From: an uncultured delta proteobacterium
Lineage (GTDB): Bacteria; Desulfobacterota; Desulfuromonadia; Desulfuromonadales; JACZKF01
DNA length: 64,000 nt
NCBI GenBank assembly: GCA_963816395.1
Contig: CAWFKQ010000016.1
Coordinates: forward strand, 160,001 to 224,000
Direction of reading: 5' to 3'
The number at the start of each line of letters is the position of its first letter. Position 1 is the first letter of the stretch. The notes beneath the pieces are model-generated. The model made no database searches. It saw only the letters and a program-made list of their open reading frames with translations, and was not told the DNA's origin. Below are positions 11,082 through 22,549 of the stretch, in pieces. Made by a program: the position numbers and the translations under genes.

Positions 11082-11525
11082 ATGACCAGAGAGGAAACAA
11101 AAAAAGCCATCGAAGAATACTTAAAGGACTATAGCACCGGGGATTTCCGGATGGCCATCGACAAACACTACACGGTTGATGCTGTTTTTGAGAACACCAG
11201 GGTCAGGATAGAAGGAAAAGATAAGATCATCGACTGGTTCACCCGCAGCCACGCGCTCGGCTACACGGAGAGTGTCGTTCCGGTCACCATCCTGATCGGC
11301 GAAGATTCTGTCGCCGTCGAACTCGATCAGGAATTCACTGCGTTTGAAGATGTCCCAAACCACTATGTTTCAGCTCTAGCGAAGGGAGACACCATAAAAA
11401 CGAGCGGTCTCGCTGCCTTGTACAAGATGAAAGACGGCAAAATCCGGTCTGTCAGGGTGTACTGTACCCTGAACCAGTATAACCCGCAGGTCTTCGGTGG
11501 TACGGAAACAACTGAATGGAGCTGA
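11082..11525 (+). CDS. SnoaL-like/NTF2 family protein, paralog of 10084..10500
   Basis: YTVDAVF...GKDKIIDWF...MKDGKIRSVRVY. Confidence 0.75.
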   Translation: MTREETKKAIEEYLKDYSTGDFRMAIDKHYTVDAVFENTRVRIEGKDKIIDWFTRSHALGYTESVVPVTILIGEDSVAVELDQEFTAFEDVPNHYVSALAKGDTIKTSGLAALYKMKDGKIRSVRVYCTLNQYNPQVFGGTETTEWS

Positions 11526-11853
11526 CCACCGATCTTGACCACGAGCGACATTTGTCCCGCCGCGCCGAGTTGTTTCCGCGATTCCCGCAGCCAGCCAGGC
11601 AACAGCCCGGATCTTTCGACGGTACGGACCTGCGAAGATGGCCGAACTGCCGCGGTCTTCTTCATTACGCTTCCCTTTCCTGTCAGTGACGATGCTCGCT
11701 GACAAAAAGGCCGAGCTAGCATGACCATATGCTGACGTTCGGTGAGTACTTCGAGTGAATCGGGGCGCGGGAGATCAGAGAGCGGGATAAGCAGTTTGTC
11801 GCGGAAGAGGAGACGGACGGGAAGAGGTAAATCGCCCCAGAGGAAGTAGGACT

Positions 11854-12114
11854 ATGGAGATTGAATTAGCGAAAGCGATCCTTAAGGCGTGCGAACAGAA
11901 TGGCGTCAGCGCCGAGTTGCAGGAAAATTATTCGGCTTCCTGGATGCGTGGGCGGAAGACTACCGGGGTCGTCGTGCTCAATGGCGATCTGGGGCAGGTG
12001 CTAACAGCGGTTATTGCCAACCCCCAATTCTTCATCGAAGGTCAATCGCCGAAGTTTGCCATTAAGGAAAATCTTCGCATTAGTACGTTTCGTCTGAGCT
12101 TGATCCTTTACTGA
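11854..12114 (+). CDS. Small hypothetical protein
   Basis: 86 aa ORF with AGGA RBS and protein-like composition. Confidence 0.55.
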   Translation: MEIELAKAILKACEQNGVSAELQENYSASWMRGRKTTGVVVLNGDLGQVLTAVIANPQFFIEGQSPKFAIKENLRISTFRLSLILY

Positions 12115-12364
12115 GCCGTCCTCCTTCCGTACCGAGGGGACCGAAATAGTAGAGAGGCTCCGGCTGATGTCCAGAAAGTCGATTGCCCTGTCGGAGCAAT
12201 CGGGTGTCGTAGAAAGACCGTACTTTCCCCGATATGTGAGCCCACCGCAAGTGCTGCAAAACCATTCCCATTCCTGTCCAGAAAGGGTATTCTGAGGCCT
12301 CCGAGGCCATTCCCGGGAGGGCGAGTGCCGGATCGCCTACACCCGCGCACACGCCAGCCTCTCC

Positions 12365-12470
12365 GAGTTCGTGGAGACGTGAAAATCGTCCGGTGGTGCC
12401 GAGCGTGCCAACGAAAAGCTGTTCCTGTCCGAGCTGTGCGACCAGCTCGGGCGTCCCCCGCCAAGAGGAT
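12365..12470 (+). pseudogene. Remnant of the N-terminus of an MmeI-like type IIL restriction-modification gene
   Basis: Manual translation EFVET*KSSGGAERANEKLFLSELCDQLG resembles the MmeI_N pattern F..W...ERAN.Q.FL.ELC..LG. Confidence 0.45.
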
Positions 12471-12472
12471 GA

Positions 12473-12904
12473 ATGCAAATGCACTGGACCGTATTCGCAA
12501 CGGGCGCGGCGGTGGCGATGGCTTCCGCCGATCTCTGCATCAAACTCGCTGCCGGTAAGCTGCCGAACAGTCTCGGGCTTCTGATCTACGGGAGCTGCAC
12601 CTTCCTGGCCGGACTCACCTGGGTCCTGTGGCAACGCTTTCAGGGTGTGGAGTTTCAGGTGCAACCGCAGGGATTGTGGGCGGCGGTGGGTGTAGGGCTG
12701 TCGTTCAGCCTGGTGACGGCGGGCCTCTACTTCACCTTCGGCGCCGGGGCGCCGGTCAGCCTGGCCTCGCCCATGGTGCGGCTCGGGGGACTGATCCTCG
12801 CCAGCCTGATTGGGATCACCGCCTTCGGTGAACCCTTCACCTGGCGAATGGGGTTGGGGGCACTGATGTGCGGCGGTGGCGTATACCTCGTCGTCACCCG
12901 GTAA
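12473..12904 (+). CDS. Small EamA/DMT-like membrane protein
   Basis: 143 aa, about 5 TM segments, GAPVSLASP...FGEPFTW. Confidence 0.7.
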   Translation: MQMHWTVFATGAAVAMASADLCIKLAAGKLPNSLGLLIYGSCTFLAGLTWVLWQRFQGVEFQVQPQGLWAAVGVGLSFSLVTAGLYFTFGAGAPVSLASPMVRLGGLILASLIGITAFGEPFTWRMGLGALMCGGGVYLVVTR

Positions 12905-12995
12905 GGGGCCGCTCCGGCCGCGGGATGTCGCGTTGCCGGCAGAACTCCGAAGTTCCGAAACTGATAGCCCTACCTGCGCCAGCACCCGATGTTGT

Positions 12996-14037
12996 TCAGT
13001 CCCTTTTTTCCATGGAATCGAAAAGGTAAAACAGGCAGTCGCTTATGGCGATGGAGCTAACCGTGGTTGCCATGGACAGGCGCAGCGGAACGGCCGTCCG
13101 CAGATTACCGTCGGAAACAAGAAAGTAATCGCCTGGCCGCTTCGGCCCGCCGGGGCCATTCACCTCCAGAGCCTCCAGTCCCCCCGTAGCCACCCACCCC
13201 AGAGGTTCCCCTGCGGGCAATGGCCGCAGATTGAACGATTCGATATCCTGGCGCAGGGTAAGATCGACTCCTGGAACAGCTTTGAAAGAAAAGGCGAGCT
13301 GACGTCCCTCCCGGAGTTCCACCCGCAGGGGATTCTCCAGAATTTCCAGGGGCACTGCTCCATTGTCCGAAGCGCAGGGAGCGGCTGCCGCGGCAAAGCG
13401 TTCCAGCCCCTGCATGGCCACCTCCGAGGAGCCTGGATCCAGAGCGCCGCCGCATTCGATGGTCACCGCAGGGAATTCCGTTTCGCCCAACTCCATCAGG
13501 GTGCCCATACGCAGATCACTAACCACCAGCCGATTGGTAAACAGAGACGCCAACGTTTGATGTTGTAGATCCCGCACGACGGTTACGGCAAATGAGGGGC
13601 TCGATCCGGAAGTATTATGGATATCCACCAGGCACTCCGGTTGGGCGTCATGCAGCAGTTCCAGAAATTTTTCAGCCAGGATTCCCTCTGCCCCCGCAAA
13701 GGGGGAGCCAAAGCAGCGATTCAGGTCACGTCGACCCGGAAGGGCCCGGTGCGAAAACGCCGGCTCCCGGAGGGCGGCTTCCACCGCGCCCACCATACAG
13801 ACCAGATCGACGGCCGGGCGGTTCCGGCCCCGGAGATACCTGTGCAGGGCCCGGATTCCCGAAGGCTCATTGCCATGCAGCAGGGTCGCCACGGCTCTCG
13901 TTCGGGAGCGGTCTTCTCCGGCAATGCGAATCCAGGTCGGGCCCGCCGAGCCGGCGCAGAAACTCCGTGGCCGTCGCGCCGACCTCCTCGGCCGCGGGGG
14001 CCTCCCAGATCTTTATCTGCGGTGCGATTACCATCAT
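12996..14037 (-). CDS. Succinylglutamate desuccinylase/aspartoacylase (M14) family hydrolase (frameshift near 5' end)
   Basis: HGNE, DLNRCF, DIHNT and ECG motifs; ATG overlaps the upstream stop (TGATG). Confidence 0.75.
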
Positions 14038-15517
14038 CACGGCCCTTCCCTCCACTGTGTGACGGGCATCCCTGTCCTCGAGTTTTTAATATAAACCTGC
14101 AGCATCGCCGCCAGGGCCTCATCCCGTGCAAGGTCCTTTTCCAGGCGCTGCAGAAGGCGCTGCTGCCACCGGGCCGGCGTTATCCCCCCTTCCAGACGAT
14201 CCCTGACGAGTCCCAGGAATTTCCGGCTGTCGCTATCCGCAACGCCCAAGGATGCCAGTCCCTCTTCGGCGAGGGGAAGAAGTTCGCCGAGGACATCGCT
14301 CACCGGCCTCTCTTCGGGGGGAGAAAAGGACGAGGCGGGCCAGAGGAGGGTGGCCGCCATGCCATGCTTTGCCGCCCGGTAAAAGTTCCGCTCGGCGCAC
14401 CAGAAGGGAAAAGCGGGCAAAATCCGGTCGATCTTCCGGCGAAGTCCGGCAGCGGCACCGATCAGAAAAGCCGCCCCGGCAACCATGTCCGCCGGGGTCG
14501 GCCCCGAGGGAAGAGCCCGCAGTTCGATGCGCAGATGGCCACCCTCTCGAGGATCGTAGACCGGGCGATTCCATTGCCAGACCGAACTCAGGTGCAGGGA
14601 GAGCTCACTCAGCGCAGGAACATCGCCGTCGCTTTGCCCGGATGATCGTTTCAACCACGGGAAGCAGTGGGGGAAACAGAGCCACTGCCTCGGAAAAGAG
14701 TTCCATGGCCCCCTTGCGTACCCACCCGGTGCCGAAAAGAACCCGGGCGGGGTGCCGCCGCCTCTCCTCCTCGGTGCCACGGGTGTCCACCGCCTGCTTG
14801 AAAAGAACCACCCGCGTTTCTTCCCACAGCCGATGTCCGGAGAAAGAAAGGGGAATTGCCGCAGATCGCCAGAACCGGAGCGGTCGCCAACTGGGCGGCA
14901 TTGAACAGGGCGGCGTATTCGGCAGGGGGAACGCGCCAGTGCACCTGGAAGGAGTTGTTCGCTCCTTCCATGGTCACGTCGGTGCAGGAAGCACTCAGGG
15001 GCTCCGGTCCATCAATGCGGATCAGAAAAGGACATCCCCGCATCTTCCGGAGGACCGCGGAAAGAGCCCGGTAACGGGGGTTATCGGTCATGGCCGCGGT
15101 CTGCAGGTCCTCCTCCCGCAGGGTGGGCAGAATGCCTATCGAGACAACATCCCCGCCATGCACCGCCGCGGACTTTTCCATGACGGCCAGCGCCCGGCGC
15201 AGATTCTCCTCCAGAGCAGAAAAGGGACGCCCGGAAAAAGGCACATGGTCAAGATTGAATTCGAGATTGAAGCAATCGATTTCCGCCTGCATGCCCGGAT
15301 GGGCATCTTTGCCCAGGAGGCGGTCACAGAGCAGGATGGGGCGCCCCTGGGCATCCACCGTGGAGACTTCGAGTTCGGCCCCCAACGTGGCTTCTCCTTC
15401 GCCAAAACCGGGCCGGGCCAGCACACCCTCCAACGCGGCGAGATTCTCCCGCAGACGTTCGGAGAAGCGCCGAAAGTCGTCCTCGGAAAAATTTTCCCTG
15501 TCGATCTGAAGCCCCAC
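14037..15517 (-). CDS. Glutamate--cysteine ligase (GCS2) family protein (frameshifted)
   Basis: LGAELEV, GILPTL, NSFQVH, GNSPFF, WQWNRPVYD and HLRIELRALPSGPT motifs across two ORFs. Confidence 0.8.
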
Positions 15518-15644
15518 GGATGCCTCCGACGTGCTGGGTTGTGGAAGGGAAACTTCGTTTTCGTGTCCCGTTTGTTCCGTCTTCGCGTGAGTTTGATTTT
15601 ATCACGACGCAGGGGCGAGACCGGAAGCGCCCAATGGCAACTGC

Positions 15645-15670
15645 GAGAATAGCAGAGAGGTTAACCCGAC
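15645..15670 (+). repeat. GAGAATAGCAGARAGG repeat, copy 1 (RAYT-end-like)
   Basis: Matches 17814-17840 and 23116-23136. Confidence 0.6.
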
Positions 15671-15980
15671 TTTCCCCACGCACGGAAAGTGGGTGGACAG
15701 ATCGTCTATACTGTGCCGACTGCTGTTTATGTTGGTCAGAAGTGCTGAACAGGTGCATTCAGCAACTTGCCGCGCTCGGAATCCTTCCCCTCAGCCTCGG
15801 TGACGCGACTTTTCCGACACGGGAAAGGAGCCAGATTCATCCTCCATTTTTCTTGGAAGACCACCTGGGGCGTGGTAGCTTGAGCGAGCTTTTTCGGATG
15901 GAGGCAACGTTGCGCTTGGGTTCGTATCCGTGGTGCTCACCCGGCCCGTCACCAGATAGCCATATCCGCCTGTAACAACA

Positions 15981-16613
15981 ATGTCCATCTCTCCGTCACT
16001 ATCCCACACCCTCGCCAGCAGCTTCTCCGTCCTTGAACTCTTCGTGATACCGGTCGGCGGCGGCATCCCGGCCGGGGTGCTCCTGGCAAGAAGCCAGGGG
16101 CTGGCCTGGCCGGTGATGGCAGCTCTCTACCTGATTTCGGACGTGCTCCTCGCCCTGGCCTTCGAACCGCTCCTGCGCCTGGGGAGTCGCTGGGGGAACA
16201 AGAGCCGCCTGGGCGCACGCATCGGCGCAGCCTTCAAAATGGCCACCGCGCGCAGCGTCGCTCACTTCAACGGAACCGGCGCCGGGCCGCTGGCTCTGGT
16301 CATGATTGCCTTTGGCGTTGACCCGATGACCGGCCGCGCCTCGGCCCTCGCCGCGGGGCACGGCTTCGTCGGCGGCTGGGCCATCGCCATTGCCGGGGAC
16401 ATGCTCTATTTCGGCGTGATCGCCGTCTCCACCCTGCGTCTGAACGCGTATATTCAAGACCCCAACACGACGATGCTGATCATTCTCGCGGTAATGTTCC
16501 TGATGCCGATGGTGGTTCGCGCCGTTTCGTGCGCCGCGCGCGGGGTGAAGAGGGGGGCTTTTTCGCAGGGGAGGATTTATACGAACCGGGGCAGCGGTCT
16601 CGTGGGTGGTTGA
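15981..16613 (+). CDS. Hypothetical membrane protein
   Basis: Hydrophobic 210 aa ORF; IPVGGGIPAGV and FGVDPMTGR. Confidence 0.65.
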   Translation: MSISPSLSHTLASSFSVLELFVIPVGGGIPAGVLLARSQGLAWPVMAALYLISDVLLALAFEPLLRLGSRWGNKSRLGARIGAAFKMATARSVAHFNGTGAGPLALVMIAFGVDPMTGRASALAAGHGFVGGWAIAIAGDMLYFGVIAVSTLRLNAYIQDPNTTMLIILAVMFLMPMVVRAVSCAARGVKRGAFSQGRIYTNRGSGLVGG

Positions 16614-16686
16614 AGGTTAAGAACCGGGCGTATCATCGGGAAATTGTGGCCACTTGTCTGATGGGAAATTTAGGAGCACGTGGGCG

Positions 16687-17858
16687 ATGAAGATCTGCCT
16701 GATCGAACCTTTCCATGCCGGCTCCCATGCCTGCCTGGGCCGAAGAGTACGCCCGCTGCAGCCGGCACGATGTCGAGCTGCTGACCCTGAGCGGGCGGCA
16801 CTGGAAGTGGCGCATGCATGGTGGAGCGGTGACCCTGGCGCGGCAGTTCCTGGCCAGCGGCTGCGATCCTGACCTGCTTCTCGTCAGCGACATGCTCGAT
16901 CTGACCACCTTTCTCGCCCTGACCCGGGAAAAAACGTCCGGTCTGCCGACGGCCCTCTATTTCCACGAAAACCAGCTCACCTACCCCTGGTCGCCGGGCG
17001 ATGCCGACCCGGTCCGGCAGCGCGATGCCCACTATGCGTTCATCAATTACACCAGCGCCCTGGCGGCCGACGCCGTGCTGTTCAACTCCCGCTATCATCT
17101 CGAGGCCTTCGCCGGGGAATTGCCGGCCTTTCTCAAGAGCTTCCCCGATCAGAACGAGCTCGGGAGCCTGGCGCTGCTGGCGGCAAAAAGCGCGGTGCTG
17201 CCGTTGGCACTCGATCTGCGGCGTCTCGACCAATACCGGCCGGAACAGCCGAAGGCCGCGACAGCACCGCCGCTGATCCTCTGGAATCACCGCTGGGAGT
17301 ACGACAAGGATCCCGAGGAGTTCTTCGCAGCGCTCTTTCGCCTGCAGGAGGAAGGTCTCCCCTTCGAAGTGGCGATCCTCGGCGAATCGTACCGCCAGTT
17401 CCCGCCGATCTTCGCCGAAGCGCAGCAGCGGCTCGGTAGAGCGGATCGTCCAGTTCGGTTATGCCCGGGATTTCGCCGAATATGCCCGCTGGCTCTGGCG
17501 GGCCGACATCCTGCCGGTCACCTCCCGCCACGACTTCTTCGGGGCCAGCGTCGTGCAGGCGATCTACTGCCACTGCACGCCCCTGCTGCCGCGCCGGCTC
17601 GCCTACCCCGAGCACCTGCCGGAATCGCTGCAGGACCGTTTCCTCTATGACGGCTTCGACGACCTGCTGAGCCAGCTGCGCGAGATGCTCAGAAATCCGC
17701 CCCGGGAGACGGGGGAACTGCGCGGCCATGTCGCCCGCTATGACTGGGGGAAGCTGGCAGGGCGCTATGATGATCTCTTTGGAGTACTCGGTGTTGAGGG
17801 CGAGAGAATGCGTGAGAATAGCAGAAAGGCAAGCCTGACCGTACGCAGTAACAGTTGA
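16687..17858 (+). CDS. DUF3524/GT4 glycosyltransferase (GTDC1/QTMAN-like), frameshifted; as read, the 3' end runs into the intron
   Basis: EPFHAGSH, HWKWRMHG, YFHENQLTYP, WNHRWEYDKDP and HDFFG motifs. Confidence 0.8.
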
Positions 17859-19752
17859 ATATCTAACGGGTTTAAGTCCCGTCCGAGGAGTTGTCCGTTC
17901 GCCTCGGTAGCTCAAGGGAGCGGCGCTCTGGCAACAGGGGGTCGTAAGTTCCCAATTGGCAAAGCAACAGGCCGTAACGCAAGTGAACCTAGACGTAGCC
18001 TCGTAATTGTGATGAAGATGCCGACCCTGTGGTCAGAAGGGGAAGGCCGTCGTTACAGACTCTGAAAACGGAAACAGTCTGTGTAATCTTCCGGGGTAGC
18101 AGGGGCGGCATGTTGTGGAAGATATTTCAGCCCAGTGCTGGAGACCCGTTGCGGCGATGTTGAGGAACATCAACCGGCGCGTATAAGGCAACGAAATCGC
18201 GTTGGGCCGTATCGGGAGTCGGAGGGGTCCATAGTACCGTTTGAGGAGCTGGGACAACATAACCCGCTTCGAGGGAAGGGACCCTGCTTTGTTCACGCAA
18301 CCGAAGTGCAGAGGAGATGGGGATTGCAGCGATGCTAACAACCCCGGAAACAATCAGGACGCTACAGAGGAAGCTCTATCGCCAGGCCAAGCAGGAGCCG
18401 GCCTGCCGCTTCCACGCCTTGTACGACAAGGTCTACCGGGCTGATATCCTCAGTCACGCCTATGCCCTTGTCCGCGCCAAGAAGGGTAGCGCCGGCATTG
18501 ACGGCGTCACCTTCGAAGTCATCGAGGCAAACGAAGGGGTCACCGCATTCATTGCGGAGCTGGAAGAAGCACTGAGAAACAAGACGTACAAACCCGATCC
18601 CGTCAAACGGGTCATGATACCAAAGAGCGACGGCAGTCAACGTCCTCTCGGTATTCCGACTATCCGGGACCGGGTGGCGCAGATGGCCACAAAGTTGGTC
18701 ATCGAGCCGATCTTCGAAGCGGATTTCTGCAAAACATCCTACGGATTCAGACCGAGGAAGTCAGCCCATGACGCAGTCGATGATGTTTCCAAGGCCATGA
18801 ACACCGGCTACACCGAAGTCATCGATGCCGATCTTTCTAAATACTTCGACACCATTCCTCACGCCAATCTCATGACCGTGGTCGCCGAACGCATCTGCGA
18901 CGGCGCGATCCTGCACTTGATCCAGATGTGGCTCAAGGCGCCGGTTATGGAGGAGGACAAGGACGGGACGAAGCGGAATATCGGCGGCGGCAAGGGTAAC
19001 TGCAGAGGGACGCCGCAGGGCGGGGTCATCTCACCGTTGCTGTCCAATCTCTACCTGCACCTACTGGACAGGATATGGGAGCGGAAGAACCTGCAACAAC
19101 GGCTGGGCGCCCGCATCGTCAGATATGCGGACGATATTGTCATTCTCTGCCGGCGAAGTAAGTCCGAGCAGGCCATGGCGGTTTTGCGGCAAATACTGGA
19201 GCGATTGGAACTAACCCTGAACGAGGCAAAGACCAAAATAGTCAATGCTTACAAGGGACAGTTCGACTTTCTCGGATTCACGATGTGGATGGGAAAAAGC
19301 AGAAGGACGGGCAATTACTACTCGCACGTCCAGCCGTCGAAAAAGTCCCTGAAGGCGATCGCGGGCCGCGTAACTGAACTCACAAAGAGAGTGAAAGCGC
19401 CCGTGCCGATTGAGAGGATTGTGAAGGAAGTAAATGCAGCCGTTCGCGGTTGGGTCGGTTACTTTCATTTCAAAAATTGTAGCAAGACGCTATCTCATGT
19501 GCGACAGCACGTGGAAGAGCGGCTACGAACACACCTTCGCAAGCGGCACAAGATCAAAGGCAGGGGGGCCGGGTTTGCCCGGTTCGGCAGCCAAATCCTC
19601 TACGAGAATTACGGGTTGTATAAGGTGCCGACAACAGCGGGTTGGACAAGGGCGCATGCCCTGCGGTGAAGAACATCGGAAAGCCGTGTGCGGGAGAACC
19701 GCATGCACGGTTTGATGAGGGGGGGCAGGGTGACACCTGTTCTCTACTCTAC
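17841..19752 (+). mobile_element. Group II intron, full length, endonuclease-less
   Basis: 5' GTACG followed by domain I basal stems (CAGTA/TGCTG; GTTGAATATCT/AGATATTTCAGC); DV AGCCGTGTGCGGGAGAACCGCATGCACGGTT; DVI ending CTACTCTAC. Confidence 0.85.
18317..19669 (+). CDS. ltrA: Group II intron reverse transcriptase/maturase
   Basis: RPLGIPTIRDR, GTPQGGVISPLL and YADD motifs, X domain, no HNH domain. Confidence 0.95.
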   Translation: MGIAAMLTTPETIRTLQRKLYRQAKQEPACRFHALYDKVYRADILSHAYALVRAKKGSAGIDGVTFEVIEANEGVTAFIAELEEALRNKTYKPDPVKRVMIPKSDGSQRPLGIPTIRDRVAQMATKLVIEPIFEADFCKTSYGFRPRKSAHDAVDDVSKAMNTGYTEVIDADLSKYFDTIPHANLMTVVAERICDGAILHLIQMWLKAPVMEEDKDGTKRNIGGGKGNCRGTPQGGVISPLLSNLYLHLLDRIWERKNLQQRLGARIVRYADDIVILCRRSKSEQAMAVLRQILERLELTLNEAKTKIVNAYKGQFDFLGFTMWMGKSRRTGNYYSHVQPSKKSLKAIAGRVTELTKRVKAPVPIERIVKEVNAAVRGWVGYFHFKNCSKTLSHVRQHVEERLRTHLRKRHKIKGRGAGFARFGSQILYENYGLYKVPTTAGWTRAHALR

Positions 19753-19876
19753 CGGCGAATTGCCCCGGATACAGAGAAATGTTGTCCATCTTGAACGAGG
19801 TGCATGGGGGGGTAAACAGCGGGAAAAAGCAAGAGTAAAGACTTGACCCCGTAAGGTTCCGGAACTTGAGGAGAGT

Positions 19877-21025
<1,149 letters not shown>

Positions 21026-21135
21026 GGGCAAAGCCGGTCGGCTGCCAAGGTCACATACGGCGCCCACAAGGCGAGAATCCAAGCTCTGGCCTTCGCCTGT
21101 AAGTTGTCCCCAGGAGCAAGGGGATGCAGGGCCAC

Positions 21136-21236
21136 TTCCGGGGACACCATACTAATCACTGGTGAACTGAGTATGGTGGTCCCAGAATTCAGGCCATATT
21201 TCTTAACCGCAAACTGGGGAGTGTCCCTATTTTTCC
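21136..21236. repeat. REP-like palindrome plus a half-site
   Basis: GGGGACACCATACT...AGTATGGTGGTCCC (21140-21183) and GGGGAGTGTCCCTATTTTTCC (21216-21236). Confidence 0.6.
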
Positions 21237-21294
21237 CTTCCGCCTCTCCCGCTGCTCGGGGTACCGCTGGATGTGCTGACAGAAGGCTGAGGGG

Positions 21295-21355
21295 CGGGAT
21301 CTAATCAGGGACGCTTCCCGTATTTAGCCGGATGGGAAGTGTCCCTCATTTTCCC
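21295..21355. repeat. About 62 bp direct repeat with internal palindrome, copy 1
   Basis: CGGGATCTAATCAGGGACGCTTCCC...GGGAAGTGTCCCTCATTTTCCC, nearly identical to 21999-22063. Confidence 0.85.
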
Positions 21356-21403
21356 TGACCCCTTTTACCCCTGGACTCTCCCACGGACCCCGGCCGCAAC
21401 CAG

Positions 21404-21853
21404 TCAGGGGCGTTTCCCCTCATCCTTGATGACGATCGGCTCCCCTTCGGCCCCGGTGTAGAAGACTGCCAGTCTAACCGGCTCCGTGCCTCTGTTGATG
21501 CCGTTGTGCAGGGTGTCGACGACCTCGATGATTGCCTCGCCCGCTCCGAACGAGAGTTGTCTCCCGTCTTCGAGTTCAACCGACAGGTTGCCAGAGATGA
21601 CGTACGCATAAACCGGCACCGGGTGTTTATGCCAGCCGGTTTCCGCCCCCGGCGCAAGATCGACCGCCATGGCCGTCACCTCGGGTCGGTCGGTTGCGGG
21701 GTAGGCGATCTTCTGCCCGTTACTGGTGACGGTCGTCTTCTTCAGCACCCGGGCGGTGACGCCGGCGTCGTAGTCGGCGGCGAACGAGGGGGAGATGGAG
21801 AGCGACAGCCCTAAGGCGAGAACAGCGGCGATTCGTTGCGGGGATGCGGTCAT
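21404..21853 (-). CDS. Secreted cupin domain protein
   Basis: Signal peptide; PGAETGWHKHPVPVYAYV...E...HNG cupin motifs. Confidence 0.85.
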   Translation of the reverse strand: MTASPQRIAAVLALGLSLSISPSFAADYDAGVTARVLKKTTVTSNGQKIAYPATDRPEVTAMAVDLAPGAETGWHKHPVPVYAYVISGNLSVELEDGRQLSFGAGEAIIEVVDTLHNGINRGTEPVRLAVFYTGAEGEPIVIKDEGKRP

Positions 21854-21998
21854 GGCACCGCTCCTTTGTAATGGCCGGCCGGACCGGCGTCAGATGCGGT
21901 AAACCTATGCAGCGAAACAAGAACTTGTCAAGGCGAGTCGCCAGAATTGAGTACCGGCCCCCCGGAGATTCCTCGGGCAGCCGCTATCACCGGTACGA

Positions 21999-22063
21999 CG
22001 GGATCTAATAAGGGACGCTTCCTGTATTTAGCCGAAAATATGGGAAGTGTCCCTCATTTTCCC
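21999..22063. repeat. About 62 bp direct repeat with internal palindrome, copy 2
   Basis: CGGGATCTAATAAGGGACGCTTCCT...GGGAAGTGTCCCTCATTTTCCC. Confidence 0.85.
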
Positions 22064-22096
22064 GGGTTTCTTCAGTGGCGAGCGACCGAATCGCCG

Positions 22097-22549
22097 CTAT
22101 TTCGGCGCCAGCCCCTTTTCCCGTAGCTCGGCGAGGGCCTCCTCGCTCTTCCCGAGTTTCAGCCCCATCCCGGTCAACACCTCTTTGGTCTTGGTGAATT
22201 GGACGCCGTCGTACTGGACGACCTGCACATGGTTTCCCCAGGGGTCGAGAAAGTCGAGGCCGGGGCCGGGAAGGATGCGGACGCCGAGCCGTTCGATGGC
22301 GCTGCGCACTGCCTCCCGGTCGTCGACCACCAAACCGAAGTGGCGGGCCGTATCGGGAGGCTGGCTGCGTCCTTCGCTGAGATTGATGAACTGGTCGCCG
22401 ATATCGATGAAGGCCATTCCCGGATGGCGGCCACGCAGCTTCAGGTCGAAGATTTCCCCGTAGAAACGAAGCGCTTCTTCAACGTCTCCGACCTCCAAAG
22501 CGACGTGGTTGATGCCGACGAGGTGCGGCTTGCGATTGATGTCGGTCAT
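22097..22549 (-). CDS. VOC/glyoxalase family protein
   Basis: GINHVALEV, HFGLVV and FLDPWGN motifs. Confidence 0.85.
   Translation of the reverse strand: MTDINRKPHLVGINHVALEVGDVEEALRFYGEIFDLKLRGRHPGMAFIDIGDQFINLSEGRSQPPDTARHFGLVVDDREAVRSAIERLGVRILPGPGLDFLDPWGNHVQVVQYDGVQFTKTKEVLTGMGLKLGKSEEALAELREKGLAPK

Noticed and set aside
18317..19669. RT as a retron, DGR or defence-associated RT
   Set aside because: Flanking DV/DVI and domain I structure plus the X domain identify a standard group II intron maturase.
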